From Nanobdellota archaeon (GTDB lineage: Archaea > Nanobdellota > Nanobdellia > Pacearchaeales > GW2011-AR1), in assembly GCA_022703705.1 (NCBI GenBank), contig JAKLDD010000001.1, forward strand, positions 2,657 through 66,656: a DNA stretch of 64,000 bases, written 5' to 3'. A model generated the notes under the pieces. That model ran no database searches. It was given only the letters and a program-made list of their open reading frames with translations, and was not told where the DNA came from. Position numbers and translations under genes: made by a program. Below, in pieces: positions 49,876-58,997 of the stretch (its first letter is position 1; each line of letters begins with the position of its first letter).

Positions 49876-51225
49876 ATGAACAAGAAATTCAAATATAAGA
49901 TAGAAGAGTATGCTGAGAAAGCCATAGAACAAGCAAAAAAAATTGGAGAGCCTGTTACTTGCAGATGTGGTGAAACTCCTGGAGGAACAAAGCATATAGA
50001 AAATTTTAATGATAACATCAGAAGTTACTTTATCTATCTTGCAGTAAAAGAAAAAGGTTATCCTGCGAGGCATATACAAACTAGAGATAATATGGACCCA
50101 TTTAGAAAACTTCCATCGGGGTTCTTTGATTTAAATAAAAAATGGCACACATCTTCTTTAAAATTAATTAAAGAGTATAATAAATATGTTGGAACCCCTC
50201 TTTATTTTATCCCAGACCCGCTGGGATGTTGTGAAAATTATGCTGAACATTTCAGAAAAATCTATGAAAGCGAATGTGATTTGATGGGATTAAAAGACAC
50301 CCAGTACTTTAGCACTGAAGACCTATATAGAACAGGAAAATTTAATCCGTATCTTAAAAAAATATTTGAAAAAGCAGAATTAGCAAGAGAGATAGATTTG
50401 AATATAGAGAATACAAAGCCCAAAGATTATATTCCCGTGTGAGTTATATGTGAAAAATGTAAAAAGATAACTGGCAGAATAAAACATATAAATCTTAAAA
50501 AAGAAACTGTAGAATATGTCTGCACTGGAAGAAATTTGACTTCAAAGTATCCTGCAAGGGGGTGTGGAAACACTGGAACTATTGATTGGAAGAATGGAAA
50601 TACGAAAATGGATTGGGAATTTGAATGGCCTGCTCAAATGCTAATATTTAAAACAACCTTAGAACCTTTTGGAAAAGAACATTTTATTGGTTCTTGGCCT
50701 TTTGCAAAACAAGTAATACTTAAGATATATAAAAAAGAGCTCCCATTAGTGTTTTTTTATGAATATTTTCTGGTTAATAAGCAAAAAATGGCGACTAGAC
50801 ATGGTAATGTAACTCCCCTTTCTACTTTATTAAAAGTCCTTGAACCAGAAGTTATCCGTTACTTATATACTAAGCGCCCAAGAAAACAAAGAAACCTTAC
50901 TCCTCAAAATATAATTAACTTAGTTAATGAATTTGATTCTGCTGAAAAAATCTGGTTTAATTTAAAGAAGGCAAAAAATGAAAAAGAGTTTGAAAAAATA
51001 AAGAAAAATTATGAGTTTGCATTCTTAAAAAATGTTCCAAAAAAATTTCCAAATAGAATTTCTTATCCAAGATTGATTAAACTTTTAAATAGATTTTCTA
51101 ACAATAAAGTAAAAGATATTGTTTCAAGAGAAAAAAACTTGGAAGAAATAGATTATAGCTTAAAAAGAATTGAATTAATAAAAAATTGGATAAAACTATT
51201 CTCTTCACAAAGTTTTAAAAAATAA
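49876..51225 (+). pseudogene. degenerate class I LysRS paralogue whose frame continues through one in-frame TGA (50440-50442)
   Basis: VTCRCGETPGGTKHIENFND vs FTCAAGISPSGIIHIGNFRD; KMDWEFEWPAQM vs KLDWKVDWPMRW; LEPFGKEHFIGSWPF vs FEPGGEDHATPGGSF; KMATRHG replaces KMSGSKG. ORFs 49837-50442 and 50536-51225 share a frame, and homology runs across the stop. Confidence 0.55.
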
Positions 51226-51343
51226 AAGATGAAATGGAGCAATTATCTTGGTATTTGCAATTGATTTTCTTGTAGATAAGTTAATTAATTAATTTTTAGG
51301 TTATATACAAAACTTTAATAAATTCTGTTTAATTAATTTAATT

Positions 51344-51529
51344 ATGGCACTAATAATAAAATCTAATATAAGAAAAGTTGTAAAAGATTTAGATAAAGAA
51401 AACTCTGTCTCTAGTGTTGCAGATGAAGTTGAAATGACTCTTGAAAGAAAAGTAGAAGATATTTTAATTGAAGGAATAAAAAGAGCAAAAGCAAATGGAA
51501 GGAGGACTTTGCAGGCTAGGGACTTGTAA
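51344..51529 (+). CDS. archaeal histone (HMf-family histone fold)
   Basis: LIIKSNIRKVVKDL...VSSVADEVEMTLERKVEDILIEGIKRAKANGRRTLQARDL aligns with HMfB IGRIIKDAG...VSDDARITLAKILEEMGRDIASEAIKLARHAGRKTIKAEDI. Confidence 0.65.
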   Translation: MALIIKSNIRKVVKDLDKENSVSSVADEVEMTLERKVEDILIEGIKRAKANGRRTLQARDL

Positions 51530-51547
51530 ATTTAATGATAAAACAAA

Positions 51548-51736
51548 ATGCCTATACATAGATATCATAGAACAACTTACAGAAGAAAATTTCCCACATT
51601 AGGAGTAATTCTTTTAGTATTTGCAACACTTTGGCTTTTAAGAGAATTGAATGTAATTAATTTTTATGCTCCATGGTTACCAATTGTTCTTATTATCATT
51701 GCTATTGGAATAATCTTTAATAGATTATTTAGTTAA
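51548..51736 (+). CDS. small membrane protein
   Basis: 62 aa with two TM segments. Confidence 0.35.
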   Translation: MPIHRYHRTTYRRKFPTLGVILLVFATLWLLRELNVINFYAPWLPIVLIIIAIGIIFNRLFS

Positions 51737-51765
51737 ATATTTAAATTCAGGAAACATATAATAAT

Positions 51766-52107
51766 ATGGAAAAAGAGGATAAAAAAGAAACAAAAGAGAA
51801 GAAAGGGTTAATCAAAGAATTCCTTGAATTTTTAAAAGAATATAAAGTAGTTGGACTTGCAATAGCTTTTATAATGGGTGTTGCTGCTACTGCTTTAGTA
51901 AAATCTCTTGTTGATAACATTATTATGCCTTTAATTACTCCATTTATTGCAGATGGAGCATGGAAAACAGCAACATTCACTCTTGGCCCATTTGTAATTG
52001 GTTGGGGAGCTTTTTTAGGCGAGGCGATAAATTTTGTGATAATTGCTTTAGTAATTTTCTTCATAGCAAAAGCAGTTCTTAAAGAAGAAAAAGTTACAAA
52101 GAAATAA
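51766..52107 (+). CDS. mscL: large-conductance mechanosensitive channel MscL
   Basis: LIKEFLEFLKEYKVVGLAIAFIMGVAATALVKSLVDNIIMPLI aligns with E. coli MscL [43 protein letters not shown]. Confidence 0.8.
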   Translation: MEKEDKKETKEKKGLIKEFLEFLKEYKVVGLAIAFIMGVAATALVKSLVDNIIMPLITPFIADGAWKTATFTLGPFVIGWGAFLGEAINFVIIALVIFFIAKAVLKEEKVTKK

Positions 52108-52166
52108 AATTACAATTTCTAAATAATCCTAAAAAATAATATAAAGTCTTTCTTCTGATTATATTT

Positions 52167-52781
52167 ATGGAAATAGAAATAAAAAATAAACCCAATTTTT
52201 CCAAACAAGGAAAGAAAAATCGTGCTGCAGGCATAAGATTTGAAGCGAAAGTCAGAGAAAATCTTGAAAAGATGGGTTGGATTGTTGACAAATGGACAAA
52301 TACAGTAGATTATAATCGGGAAGGAAATATCGGCAAAGTAGTTCCTGCAAAAAGAAAATACAATCCATTCAAAAAAATAATGGTTCTTGGAACAGGGTTT
52401 CCTGATTTTATTGCTTTTAGGACTAATAAAAAAGAGAATTCAAAGTTTCCATTAATGAAAGGTTTTTGTGAAAATTGCAAAAGAGAATCTTTGGGTTATG
52501 ATGAAATTAAGGGATTTATCTCCTGCAACTTTTGTGGAGAGCATATAATATCTACATCAATTGAAAAAGAAGAAAAATTTAAAGAAAATCAAACGAAAAT
52601 TATTGGTGTCGAGGTAAAAAGTAAGGGGTATCTTGACGAAATTGAAAGAGATATGTGCCGATGGCTTATAAAAAATAATATCTTTTCAGAGATATTAATA
52701 GCAAAAAAAGGAAAGAAAAGAGGGGAAATTGAGTATATTAATTTCTCTGACAAATATAAAGAAGATTTTACAGCACAATAA
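52167..52781 (+). CDS. Hjc-like PD-(D/E)XK nuclease with an inserted CxxC...CxxC zinc ribbon
   Basis: GIRFEAKVRENLEKMGW, GTGFPDFIAF and IIGVEVKSKG match Hjc motifs G..ER...L...G, PDIIA and IE.KS; insertion CENCKRES...CNFCGEH. Confidence 0.5.
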   Translation: MEIEIKNKPNFSKQGKKNRAAGIRFEAKVRENLEKMGWIVDKWTNTVDYNREGNIGKVVPAKRKYNPFKKIMVLGTGFPDFIAFRTNKKENSKFPLMKGFCENCKRESLGYDEIKGFISCNFCGEHIISTSIEKEEKFKENQTKIIGVEVKSKGYLDEIERDMCRWLIKNNIFSEILIAKKGKKRGEIEYINFSDKYKEDFTAQ

Positions 52782-52792
52782 TTCTTAAAATA
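52774..52792 (+). promoter_or_regulatory. promoter-like element CACAATAATTCTTAAAATA
   Basis: 28 nt upstream of the ATG at 52813. Confidence 0.4.
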
Positions 52793-52812
52793 AAAGAATT
52801 TCTTAATAATTA

Positions 52813-53373
52813 ATGAAAAAAAGGATATTAATCCTATTTTTATTTGCAATTGTTCTTTCTCAAGTTTATGCATTATGCAATAATGAGCAAATAGACTTGA
52901 ATACTGCTTCTATTGAAGAATTAGATAAATTATCAGGTATTGGCCCAGTAAAGGCGCAAGCAATAATTGATTCTCGCCCATTTAATTCTATTGACGAATT
53001 AATAAATGTAAATGGAATAGGTGAAGTAACTCTTACAAATATAAAACAGCAAGGACTTGCATGTGTAGGAAAGGAAGATGAAGAAGAATCAGAAGAAGAT
53101 ATTGAAGAACAAGAAAAAGAAGAGAGCATTGAAACAGAAAAAGAGGATATTGAAGAATTAATCAATGTTTCAGCAGAGAAATTTACAAAAACAACAAAAG
53201 AAGAAATTAAACCAATTACTCTTATGTCAAATGCGCAAAATATAAAAAGTGAAGATATCAAACAATTAGATAAAAGCAAACTGTCAATTTATGGGATTAT
53301 AACATTTTGTCTTTTGCTTATTACCTTATTTATGGTTAAAAAGGATAAATATAAAAAAAATGAGTTCAGATAA
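52813..53373 (+). CDS. ComEA-like helix-hairpin-helix DNA-binding protein; signal peptide, acidic linker and C-terminal TM anchor
   Basis: IDLNTASIEELDKLSGIGPVKAQAIIDSRPFNSIDELINVNGIGEVTL is a ComEA-type double HhH. Confidence 0.65.
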   Translation: MKKRILILFLFAIVLSQVYALCNNEQIDLNTASIEELDKLSGIGPVKAQAIIDSRPFNSIDELINVNGIGEVTLTNIKQQGLACVGKEDEEESEEDIEEQEKEESIETEKEDIEELINVSAEKFTKTTKEEIKPITLMSNAQNIKSEDIKQLDKSKLSIYGIITFCLLLITLFMVKKDKYKKNEFR

Positions 53374-53860
53374 AGAAACAAAAAACATTCGTGCTTCAAT
53401 AATTCTAGAAATAATTGGAATGCCCCCAGAACATTTATTAGAAACACTGGAAGATATAATAAAAAATATTGACAATGAAAAGGGGGTTTCTGTTAAAAGC
53501 AAAAAAATAAATGAACCTGTTCTAATTAAAGAACAAGAAAAATTTTATACAACTTTTGCAGAAGTTGAAATTGAAGTAGATGACATTTTATATCTTGCAA
53601 TAATAATGTTCAAATATATGCCTGCTCATGTGGAAGTTATTGAGCCTGAATTAATTGCTTTAACAAACAATGGATGGACAGACATTCTTAGTGAACTTGC
53701 AAGAAGACTTCATGGATATGAAGAAGTTGCACGTGTTTTACAAATTAAAAATTCGCAGATGGAGAAAAAATTTAGAGAACTTCTCCCTGAAGAAAATAAG
53801 AGTAAAGAGATAAATTTACAAGAAGAAACAGAAAAGAAGAAAAGAAAAAAGAAAAAATAA
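53360..53860 (+). CDS. hypothetical acidic protein with a poly-Lys C-terminus
   Basis: 166-aa ORF overlapping the ComEA-like gene by 14 nt. Confidence 0.4.
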   Translation: MSSDKETKNIRASIILEIIGMPPEHLLETLEDIIKNIDNEKGVSVKSKKINEPVLIKEQEKFYTTFAEVEIEVDDILYLAIIMFKYMPAHVEVIEPELIALTNNGWTDILSELARRLHGYEEVARVLQIKNSQMEKKFRELLPEENKSKEINLQEETEKKKRKKKK

Positions 53861-53868
53861 TTTATCTT

Positions 53869-55206
53869 TTATTTTTTTCCATCAAGAACAGTATCTTTAG
53901 TTTTTTTAGTTTTCTTAAATTTCATTATAAAAAACCAGAAAATCAGGATACCAATAACCAAGATTATTATCCAGCCAATCAATTTACTATTTGGGTTTCC
54001 CCCACTTTCTTTACAATTTGAAAGGCAGCAATTAGCATCTTTTGTAGTAACAGTGTTGTTTGCACAAACTTGTCCTTGCGGGCAAATTGTTCCATTTATC
54101 TCTGCACAAGTTTTAGTTATAATACTTCCAGAAGATTTAGTGCAGGTTCCATTTGTTTGACAAATCTCTCCTGAAGAACAATCTCCACAATCAGTTATTT
54201 TACCACAAATTGTTCTGTTTCCACAAGAATATTTTAATGAAGTACAAGTATCTGCACAAGGAGTAATAGTGCAAGAACCGTTTGTTTGACAAATCTCTCC
54301 TGAAGAACAATCTCCACAATCAGTTATTTTACCACAAATTGTTCTGTTTCCACAAGAATATTTTAATGAAGTACAAGTGTCAGTGCAATTTGTTTCTTTA
54401 CACCCAAATAATTTTGTAAACCAAGTACAATTAGTAGAAGAAGTTTCATTTGTATTAGTTTCGTTTGTAGGGTTTATTGTTTCATTTGTATTATTTGTTT
54501 GAGTTCCATTGGTGTTATTTGTTATGTTTGTATTATTGTAATTGCTTTCGTTTAAAATAATATAGACTGGAATTTTGTAATTTAAATTGCTTGTTGAAAA
54601 AGTTATTTCTCTAACAGTTGTTCCTGCAAAATTATCTAATCCTATATTAATATATTTTGCTTGTCCGGAAGGTAAATTTATGGAGTTTTCAACTTCTTCT
54701 CCCCCATATTCAAAAATAAATGAGCCAATTGGATTTCCTGAGATTAATTCTTCACTGAATTCAATTTCAACATTACTTCCAATTAAATTTTGTAGCTTTA
54801 ATGAAAAATCTTCTTCAGTGATTATAAATCCATTTGAAACTGAAAAATCTGCAACTTCTCCAATTATTTCAAAACTTTTTGAAATTTGCTGATTTAAAAT
54901 TTGAGAACCTTCCAAATAACGAACACCAGTAATATTTATTGAATAATTATTTGGAGATTTCCCTGCAGACTGAAAATAAATGTAATATGTTTCTCCTATT
55001 TTTGCAACTTTTGGGTCAAAAGAAGTTCTTACATGATTTCTATAAAATTGAATATTATCTGTAGTTATTGGGTCCAAAAAATTTCCTGAAGCAGATGCTA
55101 TTATAGTCTGTCCTTGAAAAAATTGAGAATTCATTTCCAATTCTAATGCAGAAATAACTGGAAAAATAAAAAACAATACAAAAAACAAAGCACCTATTTT
55201 TTTCAT
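53869..55206 (-). CDS. cell-surface protein: signal peptide, Asn/Thr-rich N-glycosylation stretch, duplicated Cys-rich module, C-terminal TM anchor
   Basis: NNTNITNNTNGTQTNNTNETINPTNETNTNETSSTN sequon-rich stretch; CxDTCTSLKYSCGNRTICGKITDCGDCSSGEICQTNG repeated twice; TM plus KKTKKTK tail. Confidence 0.6.
   Translation of the reverse strand: MKKIGALFFVLFFIFPVISALELEMNSQFFQGQTIIASASGNFLDPITTDNIQFYRNHVRTSFDPKVAKIGETYYIYFQSAGKSPNNYSINITGVRYLEGSQILNQQISKSFEIIGEVADFSVSNGFIITEEDFSLKLQNLIGSNVEIEFSEELISGNPIGSFIFEYGGEEVENSINLPSGQAKYINIGLDNFAGTTVREITFSTSNLNYKIPVYIILNESNYNNTNITNNTNGTQTNNTNETINPTNETNTNETSSTNCTWFTKLFGCKETNCTDTCTSLKYSCGNRTICGKITDCGDCSSGEICQTNGSCTITPCADTCTSLKYSCGNRTICGKITDCGDCSSGEICQTNGTCTKSSGSIITKTCAEINGTICPQGQVCANNTVTTKDANCCLSNCKESGGNPNSKLIGWIIILVIGILIFWFFIMKFKKTKKTKDTVLDGKK
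54152..54378. repeat. tandem direct repeat, ~129-bp unit with a 98-bp identical core (54152-54249 and 54281-54378)
   Basis: Read directly from the sequence; encodes the duplicated 43-aa Cys-rich module. Confidence 0.85.
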
Positions 55207-55259
55207 GTTAAAAGAAAGAAAAAATACTTAATAAAGTTTATTGGAAGATACTTAAAAAA

Positions 55260-57605
55260 TTAATTATTTCCCATCTCCTTAAGTTTTTTTAGAACCTCAT
55301 CCAATTCTCCTTTTTTAGATTCTTCTGGTTTTTTTACTGCAGGGCGCTGGATTGGCGCAGGCCTTCTTACTGGGGGTTTTGCAGGAGAAGGAAGTATTCT
55401 TCTAGGCATTAATCTTGATTGAGGACGATTAGAAAGAGGAATTATTGAAGTTGAAGGCATTCCAACTTTATTTCCTGTATTTTGTTTTTTTCCTCCAAGT
55501 TTAGATTTTAATTTAAACCAAAATGGTTTTAATTTATCCTTAAATACAATTGCTATTAAAGAAATTAAAATTAAAATTATTAAAACCAAAATAAGCCACA
55601 TCCCACTTTTTTTAGGAAGGCAACATGTTTTTCCAGAACCGCAAGTATAATCAGAAGTAGATTTTTCTTTTGTTCCACAAGTTGATTTGCAAGTTCCTTC
55701 ATGAGAATTGCAGGTATAAGTCCCACTACTAACACAAGAACCGCCTACACAATTTTCATCTGAAGAACAAGCTGGAGTGCATATCTCTGAAGAAGATTGA
55801 CATTCTGCTCCAACACAACAAATATCTCCTACAGCAACATCAGAAGCATCTCTACTTGTTCCAGTTAATGGACAAGATTCACCCATATTAGAATAACATA
55901 TATTTCCCCCTTGACTTTCACATGTTCCAACAGTAGGTTCTTTAGTACAACAAACAAAAGTCCCTCCTTCTGAACAAGAATATTTACTCTCTGCTAAATT
56001 ATTATCTGCACATTTTGAGCCCAAAACACAAAAATAACCAGATTCTTCACAATCAATAATATCTGAAAGAAAACATTCTCCAGAATCATCGCAATCGTAT
56101 CCTGTGGGACAATCCCGGAAACCATCACACGGCCCTATTTGGTCTGAACACTCTCCATAACTACATTTTTCACTATTTGAACAAGTCTCAATTGTCTTTG
56201 GTGTTTTCTCTTCAATACAAACCCTGTTCTTGCACACGCCCTCTATAACCTCCTGTAAAACCTTGGTTTTATCATCAGAACAATAATAATTCTGAGTTGA
56301 ATCTAAATAATCACAATCATCATTTGAAGAACATTGATTTTCACCTACACCACAATCATTATCATTTATATAAGTACAACCCACCCCACAACACCCATCT
56401 CCATCTTTGCATTCTGTTAAAGAATCATACAAGCAAACCCCATTAACACAGGAAGCTACCTGACAATCATACTGAATACAATTACTGGAAAACAAACAAG
56501 TTCCCAACGGAGAAGGGCCCTTTGGCCAAATTGAATATAAAATAAACGCAGTATCTTTTAAATTTCCCCCATTCCAACATCCGCTTTCTTCTTGAACTCT
56601 CAAAAGCCATTCCTTAGAGTATCCTTTTTCATATGGAGCTTCATAACGAAAGGGCCATAATGCCAAAGCAGTATCATAATATTTATTTCCAGACTCGTCC
56701 CAGTATAATTGAGCTTTTTGCTTTAATAATAATTCTGTTCCAAATTTATTTGTTAAAGAATATAAAAAAGATTCTGGGATATATTTTTTATTTTCTTCCA
56801 TCCCGGTTATTAAATAAGGTATAAATTTTGAAATTTGACTTGCATTATGATTTAAAGAATATAAAACAAATGTTGCCCATAAACTGCCTTCATAATTGCA
56901 TCCTGATCCATCTGAAAAACATAAGGAATCTACAATCTCTTTTGTTGTTCCTCCAGAAGAAGCAGAATGAGCAATATTTGAAACATGGATTGCCTGAGAA
57001 TCTTTTTTCTTAAATAATAATGTTGTCATAAAATTCGTATTTGAAGTGCCTGTATTGCACGAAATTCTTATTTCTTTATTGTAACATGATGGAGAAATTT
57101 TAATCCAATAATTATCTTGGGCCAAACTTAGACAACTTCCTAAACTTGAAGAAGAAAGAGTTTTGTTTTCCAATAATTTTAAGGAATATGTTGTATCTGA
57201 ATAAATTATTGTGCATAATGCAGAAGAAGAACTTTCTATTTCCAAAAACCAATCAATATCAGAAGGTACAGAAGTTTTTGAAAGAAGCCAGTTTTCAGAA
57301 GATTTTAAATCTGCTTTTCCGTCCAAGGCAAGCATTGCCTGAGAAGTTGACTTTATTGTGCAACCTGATTTTGGCCAGCATTGATTTGAAAGATTATCCG
57401 ATATGATTTCATTTTTACAATTGCCTGTTGCAAGCAAAGAAAAAACTTTTTCTTCAAAAGCAAGAGAAGAGCATTTGCTTGAATTTATTTTTGCTTCCAA
57501 ACAAGAATATGCTTTTTCAACTTGAGCAAGTTCATCTGCAACTACTATTGGAAATAATAGAATTAACACAAAGAACAATATGAATATAAAAACTCCTCTC
57601 TTCAT
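55260..57605 (-). CDS. large Cys-rich type I membrane/surface protein with a Pro/Arg-rich cytoplasmic tail
   Basis: Signal peptide; a region with prenyltransferase/alpha-alpha-toroid-like repeats (CWNGGNLKDTAFILYSIW); over 80 Cys in an EGF-like stalk; single TM; cytoplasmic tail RPQSRLMPRRILPSPAKPPVRRPAPIQRPAVKKPEE. Confidence 0.6.
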   Translation of the reverse strand: MKRGVFIFILFFVLILLFPIVVADELAQVEKAYSCLEAKINSSKCSSLAFEEKVFSLLATGNCKNEIISDNLSNQCWPKSGCTIKSTSQAMLALDGKADLKSSENWLLSKTSVPSDIDWFLEIESSSSALCTIIYSDTTYSLKLLENKTLSSSSLGSCLSLAQDNYWIKISPSCYNKEIRISCNTGTSNTNFMTTLLFKKKDSQAIHVSNIAHSASSGGTTKEIVDSLCFSDGSGCNYEGSLWATFVLYSLNHNASQISKFIPYLITGMEENKKYIPESFLYSLTNKFGTELLLKQKAQLYWDESGNKYYDTALALWPFRYEAPYEKGYSKEWLLRVQEESGCWNGGNLKDTAFILYSIWPKGPSPLGTCLFSSNCIQYDCQVASCVNGVCLYDSLTECKDGDGCCGVGCTYINDNDCGVGENQCSSNDDCDYLDSTQNYYCSDDKTKVLQEVIEGVCKNRVCIEEKTPKTIETCSNSEKCSYGECSDQIGPCDGFRDCPTGYDCDDSGECFLSDIIDCEESGYFCVLGSKCADNNLAESKYSCSEGGTFVCCTKEPTVGTCESQGGNICYSNMGESCPLTGTSRDASDVAVGDICCVGAECQSSSEICTPACSSDENCVGGSCVSSGTYTCNSHEGTCKSTCGTKEKSTSDYTCGSGKTCCLPKKSGMWLILVLIILILISLIAIVFKDKLKPFWFKLKSKLGGKKQNTGNKVGMPSTSIIPLSNRPQSRLMPRRILPSPAKPPVRRPAPIQRPAVKKPEESKKGELDEVLKKLKEMGNN

Positions 57606-57649
57606 TAAAGAAACATGTCAAAGTTGTTTATAAATATTTTTATAAAATT

Positions 57650-58912
57650 CTATTTCTTGTTTTCTTTAAGGTTTTTTCTAATAATATAATTTGTCGGATT
57701 TTTTATTAATTTGCAAAAAGCATTTGGTTCGCAAACCCCAATTCCCAAATAAAATTCCTTGCAATTTGGAGGCATTATAATTTTATTTCTATAAGACCAG
57801 AGAATTTGTGATTGGATATATCCTTCTCTTAAAGGAACTTCATTTTTTTTATTCCATTCGTAAATTCTTTTTTCAAGTTCATCCTTATCCATTCCTATTG
57901 AACGAAATAAATTTATTAAAACAAACAAAGCTCTTTTTTTACCATCTGAAAGTCCTTTAAGGATATTTTTTATGCAGGGGGGAAAATGTGCATCAGAAAG
58001 ATTGGTAAGTTTAATCTGACTAAAAACCCTTTCTTCTCTTTTTTCATCTTTATTTGTTTCTTTATACCAATCCAATGCCTGAATTAAAAGTTCTGAAGCC
58101 TCTTCTTCTTTTGAATTTGGAAAAAAACTTAGAATGTTTTTTTCAGATAATTTAATTGGATTTGCATTCTTCATATCAAAAGTTTCTATTTCTTCTGGTT
58201 TTAAAACAACACTTGCCAAAGAAGTTTTTTCATGAAGAGAATAGGGCATTCTAAACAAATGCCTTGGTGAAACTAAGACTAAATCCGGAACAACTTCTTT
58301 TGGAGCAGAATAATCTTTAATATATTTGTTTGGTCTTTCTAGCTCAGAAATTTTTTCAATTAATTTATTCTTAGTCTGCTCTATAAGATACTTAATTAAA
58401 ATTCTTGGCCATTCTGGGAATTTATCAGAAGTTTTTACACCATTAATTTCTTTTGGAAATGCCTTCCAGGGAATTATTAAATGGAAACCTTTTGAACCCG
58501 AGAATTTTATTCCTACGTTTTTTACCCCGTGAAATTTTAATACTTTTAAAATTTCTATTGCCATAATCTTACTATAATCTATATACTTGCTATCAATATC
58601 AATAAGAAAATCCCAACCGCATCTTAATTCATTAAGTTGCTTTTCATTCATTCCTGTTTGTATTTTAAGAGGATCTTTCCAAAACTCTTCCGAACAATGA
58701 AAAGAAGTTGCACCTTTTTTTACTAATTCAAAAATATCTCCTGGATATTCAAATGTATCTGGGCGTTTCCCAAATCCTTCAAAATATCTCGGACAAATTT
58801 CCCGATTTTTTGAAAATTCAAAAATAATTTTTTGAATTTCTGGTCTTGAATAATAAAGACTTGTTATTTTTCTTATTCTTTGTTCATTTACAGAAACAGC
58901 TCTTTTTTCCAT
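57650..58912 (-). CDS. DNA primase, fused PriS catalytic domain plus PriL-like C-terminal 4-Cys domain
   Basis: PriS motifs FLIDIDS, FSGSKGFHLII and FRMPYSLHEKT; the C-terminal HFPPC...PPNC...GVC...AFC four-Cys cluster resembles the PriL Fe-S domain. Confidence 0.65.
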   Translation of the reverse strand: MEKRAVSVNEQRIRKITSLYYSRPEIQKIIFEFSKNREICPRYFEGFGKRPDTFEYPGDIFELVKKGATSFHCSEEFWKDPLKIQTGMNEKQLNELRCGWDFLIDIDSKYIDYSKIMAIEILKVLKFHGVKNVGIKFSGSKGFHLIIPWKAFPKEINGVKTSDKFPEWPRILIKYLIEQTKNKLIEKISELERPNKYIKDYSAPKEVVPDLVLVSPRHLFRMPYSLHEKTSLASVVLKPEEIETFDMKNANPIKLSEKNILSFFPNSKEEEASELLIQALDWYKETNKDEKREERVFSQIKLTNLSDAHFPPCIKNILKGLSDGKKRALFVLINLFRSIGMDKDELEKRIYEWNKKNEVPLREGYIQSQILWSYRNKIIMPPNCKEFYLGIGVCEPNAFCKLIKNPTNYIIRKNLKENKK

Positions 58913-58997
58913 ACCTTAAATTAAATTGAGAGATTTATATAATTATTCTATACTTTAGAACAGTAATGCTTAAATAAACAACTTTTCTTGAAGGTTT

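Noticed and set aside
50440-50442. Considered genome-wide UGA recoding as the explanation for the in-frame TGA
   Set aside because: Many well-supported genes in the window (the OFOR alpha gene, rrp4 and others) terminate with TGA at the expected position. TGA is therefore an ordinary stop in this genome.
54152-54378. Considered whether the near-identical repeat pair could be a DGR template/variable repeat pair
   Set aside because: Both copies lie in the same gene in tandem and differ at only a few flanking positions, with no adenine-specific pattern. No reverse transcriptase (YxDD) ORF is present in the window. A simple tandem duplication fits better.
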